Source: Alphaproteobacteria bacterium (lineage in GTDB: Bacteria > Pseudomonadota > Alphaproteobacteria > Rickettsiales > UBA3002). From it: DNA of 64,000 bases. The stretch spans positions 64,023-128,022 of the forward strand of contig JANRKD010000001.1 of assembly GCA_033763655.1 (NCBI GenBank), written 5' to 3'. The translations under genes and the position numbers were made by a program. Numbering within the stretch: the first letter of the stretch is position 1; every line of letters starts with the position of its first letter. Under the pieces are notes generated by a model, which saw only the letters and a program-made list of their open reading frames with translations, was not told the origin of the DNA and made no database searches. Of this stretch, positions 30,724 to 39,826 are shown one piece after another.

Positions 30724-32394
30724 ATGGCCTCTCACATGGGCGTGCAGACGCTAGCCACAAGTCGTAATTCGCAAGTCGAGTATATGGTTCATTTCGTTCT
30801 AGAAAGAGCGATGAAAGCACTTAGTGATAAAGGCCTTATTAGCAGTGCTAGGGTATCAGCCCAAAAGCAATACGTCTCCGAAATTGCTAGTGATATTTGG
30901 GATCATATTGCTACTGGCGTACAAAAAAATGGAAAGCCATTTCAATTATGGTGTCAAACTACATGTTACAAAGGAAATGGCACTGGCGCTCCCGAACCTA
31001 ATAAAACATATGAAGTTCGAGAAACGTTGGTTGAGGGCATTACAATTCGAGATCTCGTAAATCTGCAGAACGAGAATGAAGTTAGAACTCTGCATTTTAC
31101 TGTGGGAGATAGCGATTATACATACAAATGGTTTCTTGGCCTCAAATCAGCGAGCTATGATAAATCACTTTATGTCGGAAAAAAGGGCCTAGACGTTTTC
31201 GAGCTCCTAGATGCCGCCCTGCGCGGTGCCATCACAGAATCGGCAAAGGCTACGCTTTTGGAGAAATGCATTGTTGAGAAGAGTGAGCTCGGCAATCTTA
31301 TTTTGAATGCAGCCAATGAGCTGTTTGCTTGGTTCGTCGAAGGGGGGATGCCCAAGTCCAATATAGCCGATTTACAATGGCAACTGGTAAATACAGAACA
31401 TAAAAGTCATGCAGGAAAATGGCCAGATTTCTCCAAGTTAAAAGGGGAAGATATTAAGGGACGGACCAATAGGTTTCTGTTCGACGCCGACATCGTCGAA
31501 TCAGATACGCTAATACCGCGTGCTGCGGCTAAAATTCTTGAACGAAAACCATTCCTTTCGGCCGCATTAAAAGCCGTTGCAGATTGGCCCACGTTTGAGA
31601 CAGAGGTCCAGAGAATCTATGAACGGTCTGGTAGCATAGAAGATTTTGTGCGCAGACTATGGAATGCACCATCACCTTTACATTTATTAACTAGGCGCAT
31701 TCTTTTGAGAATTCATACTGGCGATAGTATTGCATACGTTCAAGATAGAGACGTCGCGGGTATTTCTGAGCATAATTTATATGCAGGATCGCATTCTGAA
31801 AAACAGGTGAGATTGATATGTAACCGAATTGTAGACGATATTTCTAAAGGCGGCATAACCACATCCCTAATGCTCATGAATAGTATATCGACGCAGGGAA
31901 AAAGAATTGTCAATCAGGCGCGGTGGTTTGAAGCAAAGAATGGCACTGAATTAAAACCTAGCTTTGAATATGCCGAAATGGCATTGCAGTCTGCGGGCTT
32001 TAAGGTGCTATCGCCAGCAGCTGCTAAATTCAAAGCCAATGGATATCATGGCGAAATTACCGTCGACAATGTAAGGCCATATACAAATCTGAAGGCAGTT
32101 TGTAATGCTGACGGAAAAATACTGGCCATTTTAAAGGCCAAATTCTTCCGAATTCAGGAATTCCCTAGAAGATGTAAGGAAGAATCATTTGTTGGACTAA
32201 CGCTAAAGTATAAATTTGAAAATGGTGCATTCGTACCGCGGCATAATATTCCTGTTGTTATGTTTGTGGACATGGCAGTTGATTGTAAACCACCAGAATA
32301 TGCCGTTAAGCGGCTAATAAGCTTTGGATGGGATGTTGTTTTCTCTACTGATGAACTAATTTCTTTGATGCATAAAATTGATCAGGGTTCATAG
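30724..32394 (+). CDS. Uncharacterised 556-aa protein (candidate nuclease/effector of the adjacent methyltransferase locus)
   Basis: Long clean ORF in very AT-rich DNA. No motif I can name. First gene of a two-gene operon convergent on the MTase operon. Confidence 0.7.
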   Translation: MASHMGVQTLATSRNSQVEYMVHFVLERAMKALSDKGLISSARVSAQKQYVSEIASDIWDHIATGVQKNGKPFQLWCQTTCYKGNGTGAPEPNKTYEVRETLVEGITIRDLVNLQNENEVRTLHFTVGDSDYTYKWFLGLKSASYDKSLYVGKKGLDVFELLDAALRGAITESAKATLLEKCIVEKSELGNLILNAANELFAWFVEGGMPKSNIADLQWQLVNTEHKSHAGKWPDFSKLKGEDIKGRTNRFLFDADIVESDTLIPRAAAKILERKPFLSAALKAVADWPTFETEVQRIYERSGSIEDFVRRLWNAPSPLHLLTRRILLRIHTGDSIAYVQDRDVAGISEHNLYAGSHSEKQVRLICNRIVDDISKGGITTSLMLMNSISTQGKRIVNQARWFEAKNGTELKPSFEYAEMALQSAGFKVLSPAAAKFKANGYHGEITVDNVRPYTNLKAVCNADGKILAILKAKFFRIQEFPRRCKEESFVGLTLKYKFENGAFVPRHNIPVVMFVDMAVDCKPPEYAVKRLISFGWDVVFSTDELISLMHKIDQGS

Positions 32395-32397
32395 CTT

Positions 32398-33240
32398 ATG
32401 TATTTAGAAAAACTTAGAGCCTTATGTGCGACCACTGCTCCTATCTTTCAAGATATAATTACGCATAATTCTGCGATTACTTCTTCAACGTGGAACGCTA
32501 AGGTAGAGACTGGAAAGGCTGTAGAATTTTATAGTCTGTGCTGTCTGGCTGCAGGTTTAGAAAAATTAGGAATCGGAATCTCAATACCAGCAATATATCT
32601 TGAGCACCCTGATTTATTTTATTTGCGCAATATTCTACCTCGTCACCATGGCACTCAAGCAGGTCATTCTGCAGCAATAAATAGCATTCCTTTGAGCGAT
32701 AGGTTTGTTGCGGCTCTTACACCCAAATTTATATTCGAAACGGTCGGTTCAAAATATGGGATCTACAGAGAAGGTTTTCCTATTCATCTCATTGAACACT
32801 TAAATAAGGGTGAAGAAGAATATCTAGATCGACCAGATGTATTGATTTGTAGAGGAACAATGACGAGCAAACTAATTAGCTCGGAAAGAATTGCCTTCAC
32901 TTATGAATCCCAAAGCGGCCGATGCGAAGGAATTCTGCGAATCAAAAACGATGCGTTAATTCCGATTATTTCGTATGACTCCAATTTGCTTAATGTCCCT
33001 GTGGTGGGGATCATCGAATGCAGTGTTAGCAAGGGTGATACAAAGGCCGAAGAGCAATTACGACGATACCTCGCCATTTACAGTGGCGCAACATCACCAG
33101 TATCATTACTAATCAATGGTAGGCGCCAGAAATGTCCTGCATACACACACGAAGCGTTTATCGATATGGACTTTGATAATGCAGAAGCCATAACAGGCTT
33201 TACTGCTGTTATTGATCGATTCAGCAAAGCGATTATCTGA
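32398..33240 (+). CDS. Uncharacterised 280-aa protein, possible PD-(D/E)xK nuclease
   Basis: Starts 3 nt after the previous stop. YLDRPDVLICRG ... VVGIIECSVSKGD is a weak PD...E..K-like pattern. Confidence 0.6.
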   Translation: MYLEKLRALCATTAPIFQDIITHNSAITSSTWNAKVETGKAVEFYSLCCLAAGLEKLGIGISIPAIYLEHPDLFYLRNILPRHHGTQAGHSAAINSIPLSDRFVAALTPKFIFETVGSKYGIYREGFPIHLIEHLNKGEEEYLDRPDVLICRGTMTSKLISSERIAFTYESQSGRCEGILRIKNDALIPIISYDSNLLNVPVVGIIECSVSKGDTKAEEQLRRYLAIYSGATSPVSLLINGRRQKCPAYTHEAFIDMDFDNAEAITGFTAVIDRFSKAII

Positions 33241-33243
33241 TAA

Positions 33244-34359
33244 TTAGAGATAGGAAAAAATTTGCCGGAATAATTGCAACGCAAAGAGCGGCGGCACGGC
33301 ATTGCCAATTTGCCTCGCCTGAGAGGTGGTTTTACCATAGAAGTTTATCCAATCAGGAAACGTCTGAAGTCTGGCTTGCTCGCGAATAGTTAGTCTTCTT
33401 GTTCCCTTGAGAGTGACTTTTTTTTGGCGAGAAGTGGATGTTTTGGGCGCATCCAGCCATGCTGGATGGCAATTCCGGAGAAGCTCCTGCAATTCATTTT
33501 GTGGCGCTCTGAATGCAATATCCTCCAGAGGTACAGGGCCAGGAACAAAGGCGGATTGCGCAGGCTCTTCACAAAGAGCAAATTCATCACCTCGAACACG
33601 AAGAGTAAACGCGGGCTCAGTATGAGCATTCCTATTTCTCGGTCCCCGCATTTGCGAATTTGCACGATGCGCAAAGAAATTACCCTGTGGCAGCACAATG
33701 TCCCCTAGTGCGTCATTGACAGAGTTATACGCATGAGCCTTGTCACAGGGGGCTATCTTCTTTCTTGGATCATAGCAAAATGCTTCAGGCCAAACGAAGT
33801 CTATGCCGCATCGGTTGCCTACGAGAATTGCTCGCTTCCGAAGCTGCGGCACGCCAAATTCTGCCATATTTACGACTTTGTAGTCTACCTTATACCCTAT
33901 GGATGCGAAATCCTCTAAAATTTGCCGTAGGATTATGCCTTGGCCAATATTTGTGATGCCTTCCACGTTTTCTAAGACAAACCATTTTGGCTGATAGAAT
34001 TTAACAATCTCTACAAAATGTTTGTATAAGTGATTCCGTGGGTCATCCACAAACCGTAATCCCCGAGCCAAAGAAAATCCCTGACAGGGCGGGCCACCGA
34101 TAATTACGTCAACATCACCTTTACGACTTTTGGGTTTCCAATTGCTGATATTTGCACATGCGACATCATCTGCATAAGGAAAGATAGATTGATATGTCTT
34201 AATCGAATCAGAATCAAAATCGACTGCTCCTAGAGGCTGGCCACCTGCGATAGCGAAACCCACACTTAGGCCTCCGGCTCCTGAAAATAAATCAAGACAG
34301 GTTGGTTTTTGTTTAAGAGGTTGATGAATATCCTCTAATATTGCGGCCATTTTGTTCAT
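33244..34359 (-). CDS. DNA cytosine-5 methyltransferase
   Basis: LFSGAGG (motif I), GGPPCQGFS (IV), ENV (VI), QIGNAVPP (X). Confidence 0.95.
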   Translation of the reverse strand: MNKMAAILEDIHQPLKQKPTCLDLFSGAGGLSVGFAIAGGQPLGAVDFDSDSIKTYQSIFPYADDVACANISNWKPKSRKGDVDVIIGGPPCQGFSLARGLRFVDDPRNHLYKHFVEIVKFYQPKWFVLENVEGITNIGQGIILRQILEDFASIGYKVDYKVVNMAEFGVPQLRKRAILVGNRCGIDFVWPEAFCYDPRKKIAPCDKAHAYNSVNDALGDIVLPQGNFFAHRANSQMRGPRNRNAHTEPAFTLRVRGDEFALCEEPAQSAFVPGPVPLEDIAFRAPQNELQELLRNCHPAWLDAPKTSTSRQKKVTLKGTRRLTIREQARLQTFPDWINFYGKTTSQARQIGNAVPPLFALQLFRQIFSYL

Positions 34360-36215
34360 AATGATTCACCATAAAATTCTTCGACAGCTTGGTCTAATAG
34401 GGACTTAGATTCAAGTGTTTCCCCGTGCTGGATAATTGATGTCACAAACCCGACTATCTTGGCTCGAGCTGCGCTCTCAACCTGAAAATGTTTGGGTAAT
34501 GGAAAATCTTTTACAAACGTTTTCTTAAATCTGAATCTTCCTTGTGCTTTTAAATTTCCAACGCTCGAACAGCGATTTGAAAAATACACTTTAGCCATTT
34601 CACTGTTAAGTATGCCTAGCAATGCCAAGTCATTTGAATCAATGAAATATGCCCCATCGGCAACTAAAGTTCCTTCGGTACAAATGGAGAATCTTTGTTT
34701 GGCGGAAAGATCGGGAAAAATGATTTTCTCCTGCAACATATCTTTATAGTAAGAGCAGGCTCTTAAACGATACCACTTCTCAGCAGAATCAACCTCGTTC
34801 CGTTTTTCTAAGATACCGCGATACTTTTCTAGATACTGCAAAAGCTCCCGCGGAGGAATAATAGAATCTTTTGGTATAAAAAGCAGATGGCTCAATTTCT
34901 TGACGCCATGCCAACTTAAGATATTGGATGGAAGGACCACAGGTCTGATCCAATCTTTCTTAATATCCGCGCTGAAATCAGCGACCTGCTCTTCATTCAA
35001 ATAGAATGCTTCAGAATAGCCTGTTCTAATGCCAGAAAAAACAGTTATTCCGAATTCTGATAATGGCTTTGTATTTTTGAGAAAGCCATCCATCTTCTTA
35101 AAACTGACCATGTCGGAATGGAAAGACCAGCCGTGCGAATCTGACATATCCGCATGAACATCCAGCATTGAAGCGAGGCTAGTCGAGAGTTGTTCTAGAT
35201 CATCTGTCTTATTCACTTCGCAATATTTTATGGTGCTATTTGGGGAATCTGTTTTTGACAGTGCATAAATGGCGGTGTGAACGCTTGCTCCACTAAATAC
35301 TGGAGTTTCACCTAAATCTATCAGTGTAGCTAGATTCGCATTCTTTTTGATAAATTTTCTTACGTTCGCACTGCTTGTCCCGCGAAGAAACCCTGCTGGA
35401 GTAATAAATGCTAAGACTCCATTATTTTTTAGGCAGTTAATGCTGCTGGATATGAAGTAATTATAAAGATCCGCGGAACCATAAAACGATTCTGGGAAAC
35501 TGAGCTTTAAAGAATTTCGATAAGACGCAGATAGGCGCGTTGACCTTACATATGGGGGGTTTCCGATAACAAAATCGTAGGTTGGCTTAGTGCTTAGAAG
35601 ATCGCTCGATTCCTTATTACGCTCCAGAAAATCGCCGCACTCGAAAGTCAGCCTACCTGATTTAATATATTCTTCAATATCTAGCTTATTTCTTTCTAAT
35701 TCAATCTTGATGTTGCAGAGGCTTAAAAAGACTGCGCTAGGGGAAAGATCATTAATCGCTATTATAGGCAGATTATCAATTTCTTTTGGATAAATGCCAA
35801 GATATGCCTCGATTAATGCTAAGGGAAACACCCCTGCTCCAACGCATGGGTCGAGCCAATTTAATTCCCGAATATCATAACGTGCCTCAGATACAATTTT
35901 ACGCGTCTCTAGTGCTAACGAAACGATCAGATTGGCAACATTCCGTGGCGTTTCCACTACCCCATTATTCAGTCGGCTTCCGCTCCATGACTCATCGCCA
36001 AAAAACAAGCGAGCTATTGAATCGTATGATTGTCCTTTTAGAACAACTAACCGAAGCAATTCTATGAATGTTGCGGGAGCAATAAGATCCAACCTTTGTA
36101 TGACTTCCAGGGACCTCTCAATAGTATTGAAAGATGTTGATGCATGCGTTTGCTTTCGGCCTGCACCTAGCCCATCAGGAATGACGACCCGAACTCGATT
36201 CATCAAGGCTGTCAT
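34356..36215 (-). CDS. N6-adenine DNA methyltransferase (gamma-class, Eco57I/TaqI-like architecture)
   Basis: LDPCVGAGVF (motif I) followed by VIGNPPYV (motif IV), with a long C-terminal target-recognition region. 4-nt overlaps with both neighbours. Confidence 0.85.
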   Translation of the reverse strand: MTALMNRVRVVIPDGLGAGRKQTHASTSFNTIERSLEVIQRLDLIAPATFIELLRLVVLKGQSYDSIARLFFGDESWSGSRLNNGVVETPRNVANLIVSLALETRKIVSEARYDIRELNWLDPCVGAGVFPLALIEAYLGIYPKEIDNLPIIAINDLSPSAVFLSLCNIKIELERNKLDIEEYIKSGRLTFECGDFLERNKESSDLLSTKPTYDFVIGNPPYVRSTRLSASYRNSLKLSFPESFYGSADLYNYFISSSINCLKNNGVLAFITPAGFLRGTSSANVRKFIKKNANLATLIDLGETPVFSGASVHTAIYALSKTDSPNSTIKYCEVNKTDDLEQLSTSLASMLDVHADMSDSHGWSFHSDMVSFKKMDGFLKNTKPLSEFGITVFSGIRTGYSEAFYLNEEQVADFSADIKKDWIRPVVLPSNILSWHGVKKLSHLLFIPKDSIIPPRELLQYLEKYRGILEKRNEVDSAEKWYRLRACSYYKDMLQEKIIFPDLSAKQRFSICTEGTLVADGAYFIDSNDLALLGILNSEMAKVYFSNRCSSVGNLKAQGRFRFKKTFVKDFPLPKHFQVESAARAKIVGFVTSIIQHGETLESKSLLDQAVEEFYGESL

Positions 36216-36463
36216 TGAAGATTACCAGATTTGATTTTTTGATTATTAATCCACGCTTCTAAGTCGTCTTTGTGAAAGCGCCATGCATTTCCTACTTTGA
36301 AGCTAGGCACTTTACCTTCTGCGGCAAATCGGTAAGCAGTTTTTTCAGCGATTTTTGAGTATCCCGCGAGCTCCTTAACAGTCATGATCTCGTTGTCTGG
36401 CATAAAAACCTGCACATAATGGCCGCTAGGGTTGAAAATAGTGGAAACAGAATGAATCATCAA
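36212..36463 (-). CDS. Excisionase/MerR-type HTH DNA-binding protein (83 aa)
   Basis: MTVKELAGYSKIAEKTAYRFAAEGKVPSFKVGNAWRFHKDDLEAWI. Confidence 0.7.
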   Translation of the reverse strand: MMIHSVSTIFNPSGHYVQVFMPDNEIMTVKELAGYSKIAEKTAYRFAAEGKVPSFKVGNAWRFHKDDLEAWINNQKIKSGNLQ

Positions 36464-36468
36464 CTGCT

Positions 36469-37026
36469 TTAACCAGTGGCTCTCCCCAGCTGAATATCCA
36501 CGCCTGTCATACGGAATCTGTAGGTCAGCATTTCATTGCTGACCATATAATGATTGCCCGCCGTTTGGTTGCACCAACCCTTATTGCGAATGTGGATCAA
36601 GGCAGGGCGCGGAAGCAGCAATGCTCCGCCTAGCCAGTCAGCTTCATCTTCCTGTTCTTGATCGAAGTGACTAGGTATAAATGATCCGTCTGAGAGTTTG
36701 TGGCCTTTTGCTACACTATGGCCAAGAGTAATATGTGCCAACTCATGCATCAGAACGCTGTTGATGCGCGGTTTAGACTGGTTCGGATCATAAACGACCA
36801 TATGGTGCTTGCCTATTTTTAAGGTAAAGGCTGACCAAGCTTCTGCACTGAGCGCATCATTCAAAACTTTTTGAGGCACCTCAGGTATTTCAGCGGCGCT
36901 TTTGACCCTGATTTGTAGATGGGCGGCTAAGTCAAACGCGTTGAGTGGGGCGCACTCACCCAAGCCAAGCTGCTTACGCATCTCAACAGATCGTCGTTCG
37001 CTTTGCGCTTTGAAACCACGTTTCAA
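36469..37026 (-). CDS. ImmA/IrrE-family zinc metallopeptidase
   Basis: HELAHITLGH (HExxH) in a protein of about 185 aa, immediately downstream of an XRE gene. Confidence 0.85.
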   Translation of the reverse strand: MKRGFKAQSERRSVEMRKQLGLGECAPLNAFDLAAHLQIRVKSAAEIPEVPQKVLNDALSAEAWSAFTLKIGKHHMVVYDPNQSKPRINSVLMHELAHITLGHSVAKGHKLSDGSFIPSHFDQEQEDEADWLGGALLLPRPALIHIRNKGWCNQTAGNHYMVSNEMLTYRFRMTGVDIQLGRATG

Positions 37027-37028
37027 TG

Positions 37029-37388
37029 TTAATGGCTCGCAGACTTAATCTCTTTTTCAAAAGAATTATATGCTGCGAGGATTAGCTGACCGAGTGCTTG
37101 CGCAGTTTTCTGATCTTTTGATTTTTTAGCTTTAAACATAATCTGGATTTCGGGCGATGATGACTGACTGGGGGCATCGGCTCCAAAACCAAAATAGCCA
37201 CGCGCATCAAGCTCGGCCCACGCGAATACTTTCTTCATCGTTTCCATGTCCGACAAATGTCCGTTCTCTATTCTGGATAGCGTAGCGGGGCTTGTGCCTA
37301 TTTCTTTAGCGGCTGCTCGTATTCCCATGCTGCCGCGCTTACGTGCGATCAACTGGCCTATTTCTTCAGGGGATAAATCGGGGTTCAT
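37029..37388 (-). CDS. XRE-family HTH regulator
   Basis: GIRAAAKEIGTSPATLSRIENGH. Confidence 0.85.
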   Translation of the reverse strand: MNPDLSPEEIGQLIARKRGSMGIRAAAKEIGTSPATLSRIENGHLSDMETMKKVFAWAELDARGYFGFGADAPSQSSSPEIQIMFKAKKSKDQKTAQALGQLILAAYNSFEKEIKSASH

Positions 37389-37415
37389 AAAAAACCGTTT
37401 CAGTTATGAAAAAAC

Positions 37416-37433
37416 TGTTTCAAAGTTGAAACA
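37416..37433. promoter_or_regulatory. Palindromic candidate operator in the divergent XRE / Ubl-operon spacer
   Basis: tgtttcaa-ag-ttgaaaca, with extra GTTTCA half-sites nearby (ccgtttcag, cagttttcag). Confidence 0.4.
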
Positions 37434-37545
37434 CATGTGATAGTGTCTCATATGTAAGACAGTTTTCAGCCAACTCCTAGATCTCGCACGGGTCAAGCAA
37501 AAAGTGTCTTTCATCAAGAACTTCTAGAAACTTTTGGAGACCACG

Positions 37546-38232
37546 ATGACTAAAAATGACACAGAAGAAACAAATGCCAAGCAGTTATCCTTCGCGGTTA
37601 ACGGCACTAACTATAAATCCAACGACCCCGTCCTTTCAGGACGGGACATATTACAAAAAGCTGGCTTCAAGCCCGCCAGTGATCACGTGCTGATCGAGTT
37701 GACCAACCCTGGTACGCGTTCAGTAGGCCTCGATGAAACGGTCGATCTTGCAATCCCTGGCCGCGAAGCGTTCTACGCTTTTTCATCAGACCGCGTCTAT
37801 AACTTCACCGCTGATGAGCTCGGGTATGAATGGGGTGCCCCCACCATTGCCGAGGCCCAATTACGTGAGGTCACGGGTGCAGATGATAGCTTAGTCTTCG
37901 TTCTGGAGCGTACGGACCAGCCAGATCAGGTGATCGAAGAAGGCGAAAGCGTAGATTTGAACGCGAAAGGCACAGAGCATATTCGCACCAAGAAGCGCAT
38001 TGTGCACATCATCGTGAACGCACGCGAGTATGAAGTCCCGGGCCCCAAGATCACCTATGATCAAGTAGTGGCTCTTGCCTTCAACCCTGTGCCTAGCGGT
38101 CCAGAGGTTCTTTTTACCGTGACGTACCGCAAGGGGCCACCTCAAAACCCCAAAGGCACTTTGCCTGAGGGCCAGTCGGTAACCATCAAAAACGGGATGA
38201 TCTTCAATGTCACGCAGACCAATCGCTCGTAG
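37546..38232 (+). CDS. Tandem beta-grasp ('multiubiquitin'-like) protein
   Basis: Two internally similar segments (SFAVNGTNYKSNDPVLSGRDILQKAGF... and HIIVNAREYEVPGPKITYDQVVALAF...). C-terminus KNGMIFNVTQTNRS. Start placed at ATG 37546 (GGAGA SD) rather than TTG 37534. Confidence 0.7.
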   Translation: MTKNDTEETNAKQLSFAVNGTNYKSNDPVLSGRDILQKAGFKPASDHVLIELTNPGTRSVGLDETVDLAIPGREAFYAFSSDRVYNFTADELGYEWGAPTIAEAQLREVTGADDSLVFVLERTDQPDQVIEEGESVDLNAKGTEHIRTKKRIVHIIVNAREYEVPGPKITYDQVVALAFNPVPSGPEVLFTVTYRKGPPQNPKGTLPEGQSVTIKNGMIFNVTQTNRS

Positions 38233-39391
38233 TCCAGACCTTGTGCGCTTGCTGGCGGATGGATACCACATTTCCATCCGCCATGGCCACCTGGTAGCAA
38301 CGAAGATCCCGTACGTGAATGCCCAACGGCAAGTCAAATACGGTATCCTCGTTGCTCCACTAACGCTGCGTAATGATGTGGCGATCCAGCCCGCCGACCA
38401 CACCATAATGTTCGGGGGAGAATATCCCTGCGATCAACATGGCAAGCCTATCGAAGCTGTTCGCAATAACTCGGATAGTTTGCGAATAGCGGACGACTTG
38501 ATCGTGCAACACAGGTTCTCCGCCAAGCCCTCAGCGGGAAATTATGTGGATTTCCACGAAAAGATCGTAACGTACGCGGCGGCCATCAGTGGCCCCGCAC
38601 AGATCATCGATCCGGCCGTTAAGCCCAATCCTGGCGGCTTTGTACCCGCAGATGAAACGGAGGATTCCATCTTTAATTATATGGATACGGCTTCCCCGCG
38701 TGCAGAAATCACAGCCGTTACCGCCAAGCTTGAATGTCGTAAACTGGTGATCATCGGATTGGGTGGTACTGGGAGTTATATCCTCGACCAGGTCAGCAAA
38801 ACGCCTATAGAGCAGATCCATTGTTATGATGGCGATATCTTCGAGCAACATAATGCCTTTCGTGCCCCTGGTGCTGCCTCGGGCGCTGACCTAGAGGCAG
38901 TCATGAAGAAGGTCGACTACTACAAGGCCATATACTCAAAAATGCATCGCGGTATTGTTGCCCATCCGTACTATGTCGATGCCAGCAACATCGACGAACT
39001 GCGCGATGCCGACTTTGTCTTTATTTGTATCGATGACGGCATTGCGCGGCGGTTTATCATTGAGAAGCTGGAAGAGTTCGGCATCAGTTTTATCGATGTT
39101 GGCATGGGTGTTGTTCTTTGTAGTGACTCACTCGGTGGCATCGTACGCACAACGGCTAGCACCCCAACAGCGCGCGATCATGTTTGCAAACGCGTCTCGC
39201 TATCCAACACGGAGGATGATAAGAACGAGTATGATAAGAACATCCAAGTTGCCGACTTGAACGCTTTGAATGCGGCGCTGGCTGTTATCAAATGGAAGAA
39301 GTTAAGGGGGTTCTACGTGGACTTGGAGAAAGAGCACCACAGCACCTACACCATCGATGGCAACACCATCGACAGTGAAGACAGCAAATGA
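38207..39391 (+). CDS. ThiF/E1-like adenylyltransferase with an extra N-terminal domain of about 170 aa
   Basis: Rossmann motif LVIIGLGGTGSYILDQV and ThiF-like fold signature downstream. Overlaps the Ubl gene by 26 nt. Confidence 0.8.
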   Translation: MSRRPIARSPDLVRLLADGYHISIRHGHLVATKIPYVNAQRQVKYGILVAPLTLRNDVAIQPADHTIMFGGEYPCDQHGKPIEAVRNNSDSLRIADDLIVQHRFSAKPSAGNYVDFHEKIVTYAAAISGPAQIIDPAVKPNPGGFVPADETEDSIFNYMDTASPRAEITAVTAKLECRKLVIIGLGGTGSYILDQVSKTPIEQIHCYDGDIFEQHNAFRAPGAASGADLEAVMKKVDYYKAIYSKMHRGIVAHPYYVDASNIDELRDADFVFICIDDGIARRFIIEKLEEFGISFIDVGMGVVLCSDSLGGIVRTTASTPTARDHVCKRVSLSNTEDDKNEYDKNIQVADLNALNAALAVIKWKKLRGFYVDLEKEHHSTYTIDGNTIDSEDSK

Positions 39392-39825
39392 AGTCAAACT
39401 TTAGCATAGCGCATGAATTTGTTGAGTTCATTCCTCGAGACATGGAGGAGCGAACGCTCTACATCGCCATGGAATTTGCCACAGCTAGTCATAGATGCTT
39501 CTGCGGTTGCGGTGCCGAAGTGGTCACGCCGCTAAGCCCAACAGCGTGGCAACTCTCCTATGACGGAGAAAATGTCTCTCTTAACCCATCCATTGGCAGC
39601 TGGAGCCTACCATGCCAGTCACATTACTGGATTCGTCGAGGAAAAGTTGAGTGGTCATATGCTATGTCGAAAGAAGAGATCGCAGCCGTTAAGCGGCGCG
39701 ATCAAGAAGATACTTTGCATTATCATGGAGCGGTGACCGCCAGTGATGCGCTACAGCGGCCTGCCGCAGAACCATTGCAGCATAAAGGTGCACTTGCTCG
39801 ACTTATGGCCTGGCTTTCCAAATAA
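39388..39825 (+). CDS. Small Cys-rich protein (DUF6527-like), third gene of the Ubl operon
   Basis: HRCFCGCGAEV ... LPCQSHYW (possible Zn site). ATGA overlap with the E1-like gene. Confidence 0.6.
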   Translation: MKSNFSIAHEFVEFIPRDMEERTLYIAMEFATASHRCFCGCGAEVVTPLSPTAWQLSYDGENVSLNPSIGSWSLPCQSHYWIRRGKVEWSYAMSKEEIAAVKRRDQEDTLHYHGAVTASDALQRPAAEPLQHKGALARLMAWLSK

Positions 39826-39826
39826 C

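Noticed and set aside
33390-33708. Several 70-100-aa ORFs inside and antisense to the m5C methyltransferase gene.
   Set aside because: They are nested in a gene with all canonical Dcm motifs and have no independent support.
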